Virus record (IMG/VR): IMGVR_UViG_2791354873_000003
Span: 9,743-73,742 of that record
Direction: 5' to 3' (one strand)
DNA from: a virus
Taxonomy: Duplodnaviria; Caudoviricetes
DNA length: 64,000 nucleotides
The notes under the pieces were generated by a model that saw nothing but the letters and a program-made list of their open reading frames with translations, was not told the DNA's origin and did not search any database. Below, one piece after another: positions 45,806 through 55,129 of the stretch. The translations under genes were made by a program, and so were the position numbers. The first letter of the stretch is position 1. Each line of letters opens with the position of its first letter.

Positions 45806-47217
45806 AAAGGCCGCTTTCGACCCATTGCAGCCCGTCGCATTCGCGATGGCTCCCCCCAAGCTGCGAGTTGACGGTAGTAGACTTGAGCTTTTATATTGAT
45901 CCACTCAGCAAAATATGGTTTCGAGTTATAAGAGGTTTTCCTTTGTCAACCGCGGCCTGCGAATCGCACGCAACCTGGTCATAACGGTGTCACCATAAGG
46001 TGTCAGGGTCCAATAGGTCGCGGTGTCTTTCACACTTCTGTTCTTGCTGCTCTGAGTGATAAGGCCGACGGCCCGCAACTGCACCTTGATGGTTTGGTAA
46101 TCATCAGGAGAGACTTTGAAGCTTATTAGGTTTAAGCTCTCTAGATCTTTATCGTCCTTATATTCTTCAGTCGCGAGTTCCTTGATCATTGAGGTGAGGG
46201 CTTGAACCAGCGTTGAGTCCTTGGCCTCATCGATCATGTGTGGCGAAAGAGCGAAGAATATTTCGTCCCATTCGACAGAAAGAGCAGCCTCATACCCAAT
46301 GCCGTCATGATCCCACTTCGTCGGCGATGCAACAAAGGTGTAAGCGATATCGAACTTGTCTGCGCCCTGTGCTAACTCCGCCGCACCCTCTGGCGGAGTA
46401 ACTCGTGCGGACTGGATTTCATACTCCAATTCTTCGATTCGCCGGCGCAGAGTAAGCATTTCCTCTAGGGCGCCCTCATTCGGAACTTGATCGCCGCGAA
46501 CCCAGCCGATTGCCGGGTGACTCTTGATGAGCTTTATAAGACTGCGACTGACCTGGCTGCCCAGGTCTGATGGACTGACCCAGAATCGGCACATTTTCCT
46601 CTGCGCCAATTCACGGAAGGCCATTAGCTTTTCTCTGCCAGCTTCCGTCTGCTCGCATTTGTCTGCGACAAGCGAGCCGGGCTCACGATGAACGAAGCCA
46701 ATTACCGGCTTACCAATTTCCGTTGCATAGCGATATTCCATCTCTGTGTAGCTCAAGCCGTTTGGCCCCACAGAGCCGTATCGTCCTGCCAGTACGACGA
46801 TGTAGTAATCACAGTCGTCGATGACTTTTTTGATGAGGCTCCACTGGTCCTCGTTGGCCGCTGGAAATAGCTCCATTCCCGAGGGTATGCAATCTAGCTC
46901 AAGCAGTGCCTGCATGACTTCTTGCCGTTCTTCTTGCAAGTCGAGAAAGGTCGAGCTTACGAAAACCTGGTACCTCTTATCCACATGCAATCCCTCTCTT
47001 CGTGCGACTTTTAGTCTTAACCGTACTACCTAGATGCGTCATGCGAGCTAATCTAGCGCGTGTCTATCACGTCTGTCTCCCCTTAAGCCACGCTACAGGC
47101 ACCGTTTCGGATTTTCTGCGCGAATATACGGGCTCAAGCCTCCTCACCATTCATGGAAGGGAGAACTAGGTCAGAGTATTGATGCTAATGGGCAGCTGTG
47201 GGTCGATAGCAGCCGTT
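45806..47217. repeat. Imperfect 30-bp inverted repeats bracketing the DUF4062 gene
   Basis: 45806-45835 versus reverse complement of 47188-47217: 23/30 identical by manual alignment. Confidence 0.65.
45926..46990 (-). CDS. DUF4062-domain protein
   Basis: KRYQVFVSSTFLDLQEER, GMELFPA, IDDCDYYIVVLAGRYGS, SYTEMEYRYA; start may be GTG at 46984. Confidence 0.9.
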   Translation of the reverse strand: MHVDKRYQVFVSSTFLDLQEERQEVMQALLELDCIPSGMELFPAANEDQWSLIKKVIDDCDYYIVVLAGRYGSVGPNGLSYTEMEYRYATEIGKPVIGFVHREPGSLVADKCEQTEAGREKLMAFRELAQRKMCRFWVSPSDLGSQVSRSLIKLIKSHPAIGWVRGDQVPNEGALEEMLTLRRRIEELEYEIQSARVTPPEGAAELAQGADKFDIAYTFVASPTKWDHDGIGYEAALSVEWDEIFFALSPHMIDEAKDSTLVQALTSMIKELATEEYKDDKDLESLNLISFKVSPDDYQTIKVQLRAVGLITQSSKNRSVKDTATYWTLTPYGDTVMTRLRAIRRPRLTKENLL

Positions 47218-47452
47218 GAATCAGGCGGAGCATGCGCCGGGAACGACCTATGTTATACCGGATCGGCATCATGGTCGGATGAAAGCCATCGGACCAATTC
47301 GCGAACCAACTCATGCGTATGGGTGGGGGAGTGAGAGGAGTTTGGCCCAGCAAAATCTACACATCCCCACCTGCTAAACCCCATGGCATAGCGCATGGTG
47401 ATGTTTGCTGTGGAGATCAAGTGCTTGTCCTGCGGGGGTTCCAGAGGTGTAT

Positions 47453-47790
47453 TTAGGCCCTCTCGTCAGTTCTGGGCCAATTTTGGGCCATTTCGACTCG
47501 GGGCGGCAGCTTCTCCAGCTCCCTCCAGTCCAAGGAGGAGCTGATCCATTTCGCGTAGGTAGAGAGCTACATCTCGACGCTGTAGCCGAGCTGGCTCGCG
47601 ATGAACGCGGGGTTCATCCCAGACATCAGGCACATGGTTGCGTAGGTGTGGCGGGTGTCGTACTGACGGCGTTCACGGATGTTCAGCGCCTTCAGCGCCG
47701 ATTTGAAGTGGCGGATTGTAACACTTGGCTCGTTGATCCACAGCCCACCTTCGCTAGGTTGGAACACGAAGGGACTGGTTGGTGCTGACC
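47453..47790 (-). pseudogene. Tyrosine integrase C-terminal fragment with in-frame stop
   Basis: RQYDTRHTYATMCLMSGMNPAFIASQLGYSVEM*LSTYAKWI...; N-terminal domains missing. Confidence 0.88.
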
Positions 47791-48163
47791 AGCACTTGGG
47801 CTTCGTTTCACTTGAAGATCAGGATTCCCTCAGGTTCCAGTACACGGAAACGCTCGGCAAAGCCTTGGGGGATATCCTCCCGCCATTCACTGGTGAGCAC
47901 TCTGTACATTGCCCGCATCCAGCGAGCCACGTCGGCCCGGGTCAGATGCGGCGGATCGAACACGACCCAGCGCAAAGCGGCGTCCCCAAGGGCAGACTCC
48001 GAAAGTCCATCAGCACATCTGGCTCAACCTTCAGTATCCGGCTGTCGCATCGCTGGTGTTCGTCGTCGCGGATGTCGCCGAACAGGGCGCGCTGGTCTTC
48101 CTTGTCGAACCACATCATGCGGCGGGCACTGCATGTGTCGAGCACTTCAACCGCTGCGCTCAT
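47790..48163 (-). pseudogene. Phage SAM-dependent methyltransferase remnant
   Basis: VLDTCSARRMMWFDK...LFGDIR...PDVLMDFR, frameshift, then VVFDPPHL...FRVLEPEGILIFK*. Confidence 0.78.
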
Positions 48164-48436
48164 CGCGGCCCCCTGCAAATCAGGTAGGCCATGTACATCA
48201 GGGCTAGGGTCATAGAAGGTGTCCTCCGGCATACCGCAGGGCGTCACGATCTTGTCGAAGCTAATCGCGCGCTTTGATCAGGCCTTGATTGCGGTTGAAA
48301 TGTTGCGGTGCTCCAACTCGAGGGTAATGGCAACGCATATAATGCGTCAGGATCACCTCGCCCGGCTTCTGGCCGAGCCAAACCCGCCTGGAACGGCATC
48401 ACGCCGGCCGGGCTATGACTCAGGGAAATGAGACCA

Positions 48437-48907
48437 ATGAAGACCGTTACCAAGGCCGGTATCGCTGGCGCGGTGCTGGCAGTAGTAGGCGCAGCCCACG
48501 CCGAGCTGCACGGGGAAGAAGCAGAGATTGCAGCACGGGATGCAGCGGTGCGTCAGTACGCGGCGAAGCTTGAGGCCGATTGGCAGCAGTGCTTGAGAAA
48601 GCCGGAGACCAAAACCACCCATGATTCAGCTCATTGCGCATATGAAATGCGGGAGGCGGCCAAGGACGCGGTGGAAGAGAAGTACCAGAAGGCCCTGGCC
48701 ACCGCAAAGGGGTATGTCGATGAAGGCTCGCTCCCGAAAAATGTACCGGCCATGATGCCCCAGGCGCAGGCAGCGTGGGAGAAGTTCGTAGAGGCAGATT
48801 GCGACGTGGTAGGTGCTCTCGTCACTGGGACCGCGAGTTCTACCTATCAGATAGTGTGCGAGTACAAGCACCAGATACAACGTCTCCACGACTTGGACGA
48901 ATGGTGA
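48437..48907 (+). CDS. LprI (DUF1311)-like exported lysozyme-inhibitor family protein
   Basis: Signal peptide; four-Cys pattern C..T..C and AQAAWEKFVEADC...C. Confidence 0.75.
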   Translation: MKTVTKAGIAGAVLAVVGAAHAELHGEEAEIAARDAAVRQYAAKLEADWQQCLRKPETKTTHDSAHCAYEMREAAKDAVEEKYQKALATAKGYVDEGSLPKNVPAMMPQAQAAWEKFVEADCDVVGALVTGTASSTYQIVCEYKHQIQRLHDLDEW

Positions 48908-49152
48908 TTTTGATGGTGTTTGATAGGCGCAGGTCGTCGTAGTCGGGGCAGTCGCTCGATTTCGAAGCTTCGATGATTTCTCCCAAAGATCTCATGGCTT
49001 GACTCCAGCGGCCAGGGCCTCAGCCTCCAGTGGGGTGTACGCCACGCCATCCAACGCGCTGCCTCGTGGTATTTGGCGGGGTTCTGCCACTGGCCCACGT
49101 CCTTGACGATCTGCCTCAGCAGCCAGCCTTCTGCTTCGATCCGGTCGGTCAT
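48847..49152 (-). pseudogene. Probable phage early-arm gene remnant
   Basis: ORF whose 3' end runs into the opposite-strand LprI-like gene. Confidence 0.35.
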
Positions 49153-49285
49153 GTCTAGCCCCAGTAGCCAAGGCCTTCGTCAATAGCATCATGCGGATGC
49201 CAGGCGCCGAACGTCTTATGCAGAGAGTCGGCCATCTTCCAACTAGCCCACCCTATGACAGCCTTCAAGAAATCTCGAATTTTCC

Positions 49286-49567
49286 TCACAACTCATACCT
49301 CTCATCAATCCAGCGCCCAGGCGCCAGAGCAGGTGGAGGTTCGGGTTGGGTTTCGTGCTGGGAGAGCTGGCGCTGATTGCTGGCCTGCGGCTGGCTGTCG
49401 GAAATGCAGCTGATGCCGCCGTAGAATACGTAGCAGGTAACGCCGCGCTCCTCGTCGTGCACACAATTGCCGCCCCTGTCGATGTTCCCGAATGCCTCGA
49501 CATGAAAGGTTTGCCCGGCGCTTGCGCCTGTGGCCAACAGCAGGAGGCAGGAGGCGAGGCGGGTCAT
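49286..49567 (-). CDS. Phage early-arm exported protein
   Basis: MTRLASCLLLLATGASA signal; HDEERGVTCY...GISCI motif. Confidence 0.65.
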   Translation of the reverse strand: MTRLASCLLLLATGASAGQTFHVEAFGNIDRGGNCVHDEERGVTCYVFYGGISCISDSQPQASNQRQLSQHETQPEPPPALAPGRWIDERYEL

Positions 49568-49741
49568 TCGCTCACTTCATCAACGGGCACCACCGTGCCG
49601 CCGTTTGTGCGCTGGGCCTACGGATTTCTTGGCCGCCATATCTCGGCACTGATGCGTAAATACACCATTAAAAATGCGTCAGGCATATATACTAGCCGGA
49701 CAAGTAATTAAGATAATTCAAATTTCAAGAGAGATAGCCAC

Positions 49742-50242
49742 GTGCGCAAAACATACCTAAGCCTGATCGTAGGCGTTGCTGCCACACTTCTGATTCACGG
49801 CGCCCTAAAGAGGAAAGAGGAAAATTACGGGGGATCTTGCGATTCAATTGATGATGGAAGGTACGTGCCTGAGGTAACTGGCAAGGCAGCGGCATCATTG
49901 TTTGAGGTTAGGCGACGCCTATACGCAGCTGCAATCGCGGTGTTTATTTCATTCGCTTGGAGTATCGCGTGGTGGTTTGAGGGAGACGCTGCGCAATTTT
50001 CACGGTCGGGATCTGTTGTAACTGTATTTGCCCTTCTTGGCGAATCGCTTTTGGGCGAGGGTGTGAGCAGACTCAACAGGCAGATGCGAAGATCGCATGG
50101 CAGTTACTACACATTGTGGCGCGCTGTTTGCGCCATCGCGGCAGTCTTGGGAACGCTGGTCTGGGGTTACGGTGATCTGTTACATGCCAACCTGATGCCG
50201 GAGCCTGTGCCTCAGCCTCAAATTTGCATGCAAACCAATTGA
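49742..50242 (+). CDS. Multi-TM hypothetical protein
   Basis: GTG start; hydrophobic segments; FSRSGSVVTVFA and GTLVWGYGDL motifs. Confidence 0.7.
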   Translation: MRKTYLSLIVGVAATLLIHGALKRKEENYGGSCDSIDDGRYVPEVTGKAAASLFEVRRRLYAAAIAVFISFAWSIAWWFEGDAAQFSRSGSVVTVFALLGESLLGEGVSRLNRQMRRSHGSYYTLWRAVCAIAAVLGTLVWGYGDLLHANLMPEPVPQPQICMQTN

Positions 50243-50398
50243 AGCAGAGGCTTCTCTAAGCTGGCTGTTCGCTGGGCACGAGGGGGAACCGAGCCGCTAG
50301 TATTGTTTCATGTGGGGCGGGTCAGGCTTTATCGACATAGCGCAGCAGTGAATAGGGAGAAAGGGGTTATAGCGGAGCGTAGTACATTTGTACTCCTA

Positions 50399-50818
50399 TT
50401 AGACTTTCAGCGTATTACCTGCCTTCGCCAGCTCGGCTGTTACACGCTGACGCCAATCCGCGCCGTGCCTAAAGGAGTGCCCGAGAGGCCAGTGAATCAC
50501 GACGGCCCGCTTGACTTCGGCATTGGGTGCGATCGTGAGCCCCATGATACGTTGAGCCTTGGCGATGTGGTGGCAAGTAAGGTTCGGGCGTCCGAGGATT
50601 TCGCGAAGGTCGCTGCTGAGCGCTGGAATGATTGTGGTGTTCCAGTCAGCTAGCTTGGTGTGCAGTTCCAAATTCTCGGCCCGAATACATCTATCCTGGA
50701 TGTCAGCGTCATCGTGGATCGTCAATGCCAGCTGCAGCTCTGCGATTTCCAGCAGCTGATTGATGTCGGCGCTATCGACATAGGTCCAGCCCAACAATCG
50801 GCAGCCCAGCCTGCTCAA
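50399..50818 (-). pseudogene. Degenerate phage early gene
   Basis: DLREILGRPNLTCHHIAKA...VVIHWPLG...HGADWRQ resembles a Pseudomonas phage early protein; no clear start. Confidence 0.45.
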
Positions 50819-51301
50819 GGTTACCTATACCTAAAGGTGAGGTGTTTCCTAGCATGACTAGATCACAAAGTGTTGCGTACTTGGCTGAGCTGAAAAGACC
50901 ACCGTTGCAGTCGATGATCTTTAGTGATGGTGAGGTCTATCGGTGATCTGCCTGGAAAAATGATACTGATAGTTTCCCCAGTTGCGTTTATACTTACGGT
51001 GTTACAATTAGGTCAGATATCTTGGGTCGAATTTGGTCGAAGACTTCGATCGGTGAAGCACTTTTGAGTACGCAGAAGCTTACGTAAAAGGAATGTGCCT
51101 GCAGCGAAGTAAAGAGGATATGGAGGCTAGTTATAATTAAACCCACATGGAGGCGTTTTCACCTCCTTCAAAGAATTCGGTTGGACATGAAAGCGTTCAT
51201 GTTTTGAGTACGGCAGGTGGTGGCTACTGGCTCAGCGCCATGCTTTGCGGCGATTGGCGATTTTTGATGTAATGCCCGACCATCTCACAGGAAGGAACCT
51301 T

Positions 51302-51469
51302 ATGAAGCACACCATGATTGGCGCAATTCTCGTCGCCGTTACTGCGCTGTTGCTGAGCGGCTGCTTTGGCTCAACAGAAGAGCAAAAAGCAAAGGCGCAG
51401 CAGGAATCCAGCGACAGGCTATGGGACATCCCACCTCCGAAGTCACCAGATAAGGGTTTCAAGCCCTGA
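51302..51469 (+). CDS. Short lipoprotein (55 aa)
   Basis: MKHTMIGAILVAVTALLLSG-C lipobox; AGGAAGG SD; followed by a terminator. Confidence 0.8.
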   Translation: MKHTMIGAILVAVTALLLSGCFGSTEEQKAKAQQESSDRLWDIPPPKSPDKGFKP

Positions 51470-51483
51470 TGGGGAATTTCTAA

Positions 51484-51510
51484 TGCCGCCTATCTCTAGG
51501 CGGCGTTTTT
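51484..51510 (+). terminator. Intrinsic terminator
   Basis: TGCCGCCTA-tctc-TAGGCGGCG followed by TTTTT. Confidence 0.75.
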
Positions 51511-51619
51511 CGTTTGGGTGCTGGCGGGCAGCGCCGCAGGGTTAGGCGGCAGCGCGAACTACGAAGCTCAGGATGGCAGTGGCGTCGTCGTTGAAACACT
51601 CGGCCAGGTTTTGATACGT

Positions 51620-51806
51620 CCGATACTTCGAGTTTTTCCAGCTTGCTCCAGTCGGAGCTTGGGTTGAGCCAACGGCATAGGTCGATATCAGCATGTAAAC
51701 GCTGTGACCCAGCTGTTGGGCTATGAATGCGGGACTTAGAACAGAGGCAGTCGGCGTATGGCCTGGCGAACTGGATAGCACGCAAAGCCTGATCGTTCAG
51801 CAGCAC
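51620..51806 (-). pseudogene. Second tyrosine integrase fragment
   Basis: Frame-broken PAFIAQQLGHSVYMLISTYA / RWLNPSSDWSKLEKL, same family as 47453-47790. Confidence 0.75.
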
Positions 51807-52257
51807 ACAAGTCCCTTTCTGTCTTCGTTCCTTCCTCTATCTTGCTTAGGGCGACTCTCCTTATGACTTGCTGCATCCTCTTCTGCAGATTGATCACATC
51901 CCATCGGCTGGCATGACGTCTATCGGTACATTAGCTACGTCTTTAATCTTACTGCGCTGCGAGAGGGCGAGAGTCGCAAAGAATGCGCCATCTGACTGAA
52001 GTGCAGCGCACACGCCGACCTCGTGGGAAGTCATTGCGTGTTGCTCGCTCCAGTTGATCCTCCTTGAGCATCCAAGCCCAACTCCATGGGCTTTCCGGCA
52101 ACGGACCGGGGCGGGTCGTTGGGAGACAACGCTACGACGGCATGAGGCCGTACGGTTACGGGTGATGCGTCCAGGGGGATAGGTGGTCATCCTTGGAAGT
52201 CTGTGCAGGATTGCCTTAGAGTTTGCGCTTTACTCAAGCCTTCAAAGGAATGACTCC

Positions 52258-52563
52258 ATGGTCACCTGCCATGTTCGTTATGTGATTGATCCCTACCAGC
52301 TTCCCGCTTTTGAGGCGTATTCCCGTCACTGGATCGCTCTGGTCGAGCGCATGGGAGGCCAGCACCATGGCTATTTCCTGCCTTCTGAGGGGGCGAGCAA
52401 TGTCGCCTATTGCCTGTTCAGCTTCGAGAGCCTTGCTGCCTATGAGCAGTATCGACAGCAGGCGGCAGGCGATTCGGCATGTATGGAATTGGTCAAGGAG
52501 GCCAGCGACAGGAAATTCATTCTGAGTTACGAGCGAAGCTTCTTGCGCCCAGTGTTCAAGTAG
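52258..52563 (+). CDS. NIPSNAP-family protein
   Basis: YVIDPYQLPAFEAY, HHGYFLPSEG, LFSFESLAAYEQYR, ERSFLRP. Confidence 0.88.
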   Translation: MVTCHVRYVIDPYQLPAFEAYSRHWIALVERMGGQHHGYFLPSEGASNVAYCLFSFESLAAYEQYRQQAAGDSACMELVKEASDRKFILSYERSFLRPVFK

Positions 52564-52669
52564 TAAGCAGATTTCCTTGTATCAGCCCAGCTCTGTTCTG
52601 GGCTTTTCGCATCTGGGCAGGGCCACGCCGCCTTGTGGTGGATTCCCGGCATCATCAAGGAGGGATCAA

Positions 52670-53020
52670 ATTCGAATCTTGATCGGGGCAATGGGTTTGG
52701 CTTTGCTAGCGGGATGCATGGCTCCAACCATGAATGAAGCTCGTCAGGCTGGTCCCTATAAAGTTCTGAGATCGACCAAAACTGACGCCGCGCTGGCGAA
52801 GTGTGTCCAATACGAATGGCAAAATCAGCCGATTTTTGGTGGAACACCTGGCGCCACTCTTCAAGCAGGCCGCGATGTCGGCTATACCGTCTTCACGCAA
52901 GTATCAGAGTATTTCGTAGACATCCAGCCAGCACCGAGTGGGTCTGAAGCAAAGTACTACGTGGTGCTGGGGAACTGGATCGCAAAAAAGCGCCTGTCAG
53001 CATTGCAAGGCTGTCTGTAG
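52670..53020 (+). CDS. Lipoprotein; start codon apparently mutated to ATT (or later ATG at 52691)
   Basis: AAGGAGG SD then ATT CGA ATC TTG = (I)RILIGAMGLALLAG-C, paralogous to the signal peptide at 31853. Confidence 0.7.
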   Translation: MRILIGAMGLALLAGCMAPTMNEARQAGPYKVLRSTKTDAALAKCVQYEWQNQPIFGGTPGATLQAGRDVGYTVFTQVSEYFVDIQPAPSGSEAKYYVVLGNWIAKKRLSALQGCL

Positions 53021-53082
53021 CGGTTCCGTCGAGCGCGCAGATGCCGGGCTGATACGGTCTCGACTTTCAGGAGATAGAAAAT

Positions 53083-53439
53083 ATGCGAAACATCATAGTC
53101 GGGTCGGGCTTGGCATTGCTGGCGGGGTGTGCGAGCGTTGGCGACACCCGAAGCAATCCGCCACTGCTGGACTTGAAGTCGTCAAGGCCACCCCAGCAGG
53201 TTGCCGAGTGCATCCGAGATGCCTGGCAGAACACCACGGTGCTGGGGGTAAGTGTCGGCGGTATCTTGCAGACATCTGGCGACCGCTACGCTGTCTTGGC
53301 GCCTGACGCGCAGACGCCTATCCATTTGGTCGATGTGGCATCAGCACCAAGTGGTTCGACTGTCCGTTATCACTTCTATCGCACCTGGCAGTCACCGCTG
53401 GAGCGCGTGACAGATGCGGTCAGGTCATGCGCCGGTTGA
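53083..53439 (+). CDS. Lipoprotein
   Basis: MRNIIVGSGLALLAG-C; AGGAG SD. Confidence 0.88.
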   Translation: MRNIIVGSGLALLAGCASVGDTRSNPPLLDLKSSRPPQQVAECIRDAWQNTTVLGVSVGGILQTSGDRYAVLAPDAQTPIHLVDVASAPSGSTVRYHFYRTWQSPLERVTDAVRSCAG

Positions 53440-53640
53440 CCTATCCGGGGTGGATAGCTTTTCAATGGTCGCTGACTGCTACCGAGCGCGTGGTGGCCAC
53501 GCTCAAGGCCACGGTGCCCGCCACTGAGGAGTACAGCATCAATGAATGCTGTGGCGTGCTGCATTCCCTAACCTAAGAACACATAATGCAGCACAGAGGA
53601 CGCACGACAGGGTGCGGCTCAAGGCACGAAAGGACGGCCA

Positions 53641-53829
53641 ATGACCGAGAAGGAGGAGCTGGAGCTTGAGAAGCTCCAAGCTGAAATTCACAAGCTCACC
53701 GCCGAGGCGCGAAAATTGATCGCCGAGGCCAACAAAATGAAGCGCGAGACGCTGTTTTACCCCTTTGTCGCGGTGGGAGGGCTAGTCACCGTCATCGTTA
53801 CCGCTGCGGCCTTCATTCAAAAGCTCTAG
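53641..53829 (+). CDS. Small coiled-coil plus C-terminal TM protein
   Basis: LEKLQAEIHKLTAEARKL...FYPFVAVGGLVTVIVTAAA. Confidence 0.75.
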   Translation: MTEKEELELEKLQAEIHKLTAEARKLIAEANKMKRETLFYPFVAVGGLVTVIVTAAAFIQKL

Positions 53830-53949
53830 CCTGCCGTCCTGAGAAACAGGCTTGCGCCGAGTGGTCTTGAGCTTTACGCCAATTCGGCCGACACTATCGC
53901 CATAGGGTCTAGCAACAGGCGTGACCTGGCATCACAAGCGAGGGCGACC

Positions 53950-54117
53950 ATGAGCCATGATCAAGTTATCAAGCAGATGAAAGAGAACCTGGCACAGCTG
54001 GGCAGTGAGGTCCGCGAGGGCACGCAGCACCAAGCGCGCAGCATCTTTCTGTCGGCTGCTGCGGGCGCAGTCTTCGCTTTGGCGACGAGCTGGGTAGCGT
54101 TCAAGCTCTTTTCCTGA
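53950..54117 (+). CDS. Small C-terminal-TM protein (55 aa)
   Basis: Manual translation MSHDQVIKQMKENLAQLG...IFLSAAAGAVFALATSWVAFKLFS; GAGGG SD. Confidence 0.6.
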   Translation: MSHDQVIKQMKENLAQLGSEVREGTQHQARSIFLSAAAGAVFALATSWVAFKLFS

Positions 54118-54224
54118 TCGGTCGGGGCCGTTACCGGCAAGCCCCAACCCCATAGCCTGCTTGGTTTTCTCGAGAGCACCCAGGCCTGTCTGGATCGCGC
54201 TTCATTCTGCTCCTGTAAACCCTG

Positions 54225-54602
54225 CTAGAGTCGCTCCGATATCTCTATCAAGTTGAGATCCGGGTCGCGCACATAAACGGATCGGATAGGTCCCGTGGCG
54301 CCGGTGCGTTGAACGGGGCCCTCGATAATTGGCCACTGCTGTGCTTCTAGATGGGCCACGACTTTCTCAAGGCTGATCGAGGCGATGAAGCAGAGGTCCA
54401 ACGCGCCTGAGACTGGCAAGTGAGCCTTGGGTTCGAATTCGTGGCCACGCACGTGTACGTTGATCTTTTGCTCACCGAAGCGCAAAGCCAAGCGCCCGGC
54501 ACCGAAAATTTCCAGGTTCATACGCATGACGCGGGTATAGAAATCCTTGCATGCCTCGACATCGATGGTTGTCAAAACGAGGTGATCCAGATGGTTGATC
54601 AT
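54225..54602 (-). CDS. VOC/glyoxalase family protein
   Basis: LDHLVLT, FYTRVMRM, QKINVH, ALDLCF, GPVQRTGATGPIRSVYVRDPDLNLIEIS. Confidence 0.92.
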   Translation of the reverse strand: MINHLDHLVLTTIDVEACKDFYTRVMRMNLEIFGAGRLALRFGEQKINVHVRGHEFEPKAHLPVSGALDLCFIASISLEKVVAHLEAQQWPIIEGPVQRTGATGPIRSVYVRDPDLNLIEISERL

Positions 54603-54691
54603 TTCACTGCCTCCCTGGGTGAGCAGTTGGTTTTCGATGAAGGTTTCGTAATGGTCAATGAGCGGACCAGTAGCACCCCACGGCTGCAGTG

Positions 54692-55129
54692 CTAGCCGGG
54701 CAAGCTCAGGTGCAGCAAGGGGAACGGGCGGCCCTCACCATCGAGAGGGGAGCGGCCTGTTTGGATAAAACCATAATGCAGATAGAACCCGACCGCTTTC
54801 GGATTCTGCTCATTCACATCAACGCTAATTTGGCCGCGTGAACGCCGGGCGTGATCCAGTAGCGCGCGGCCGATGCCTTCACCTCGCCGATTGGGTTCGA
54901 TAAACAGCATTTCTACGTGGCTTACGTTAAGCCCGATGAACCCAAGCGGGCCGTTTACGGCATCCTCTGCCATCCATAATTCGACAGCCGGCAGGTAGCT
55001 ATCGCGCAGTTGAGCAAACAACGCCTCGATATCGGCTTCCTGTAGGAAATGGTGAGTGGCACGAACGGCGCGCAGCCAAAGGTCGAGCAACTGCGGATGG
55101 TCGGTATTAGTAGCCTGGCGAATGATCAT
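54692..55129 (-). CDS. GNAT acetyltransferase (YjaB-like)
   Basis: AVRATHHFL, VEMLFIEP..RGEGIGRALL, VDVNEQNPKAVGFY. Confidence 0.92.
   Translation of the reverse strand: MIIRQATNTDHPQLLDLWLRAVRATHHFLQEADIEALFAQLRDSYLPAVELWMAEDAVNGPLGFIGLNVSHVEMLFIEPNRRGEGIGRALLDHARRSRGQISVDVNEQNPKAVGFYLHYGFIQTGRSPLDGEGRPFPLLHLSLPG

Larger units (their letters stand above)
47394..53560. mobile_element. Decayed prophage remnant(s) with inserted cargo; boundaries approximate
   Basis: Two integrase fragments, broken early-arm genes on the minus strand, and a tail-moron cassette homologous to 31.3-31.9 kb. Confidence 0.7.

Noticed and set aside
50850-51110. AT-rich stretch as a coding gene
   Set aside because: Only short broken frames; possibly a pseudogene, but no family was recognisable.
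53440-53560. Remnant of tail gene I after the relic lipoproteins
   Set aside because: Resemblance (VATLKATVP versus FSALRATLP) is too short to support.
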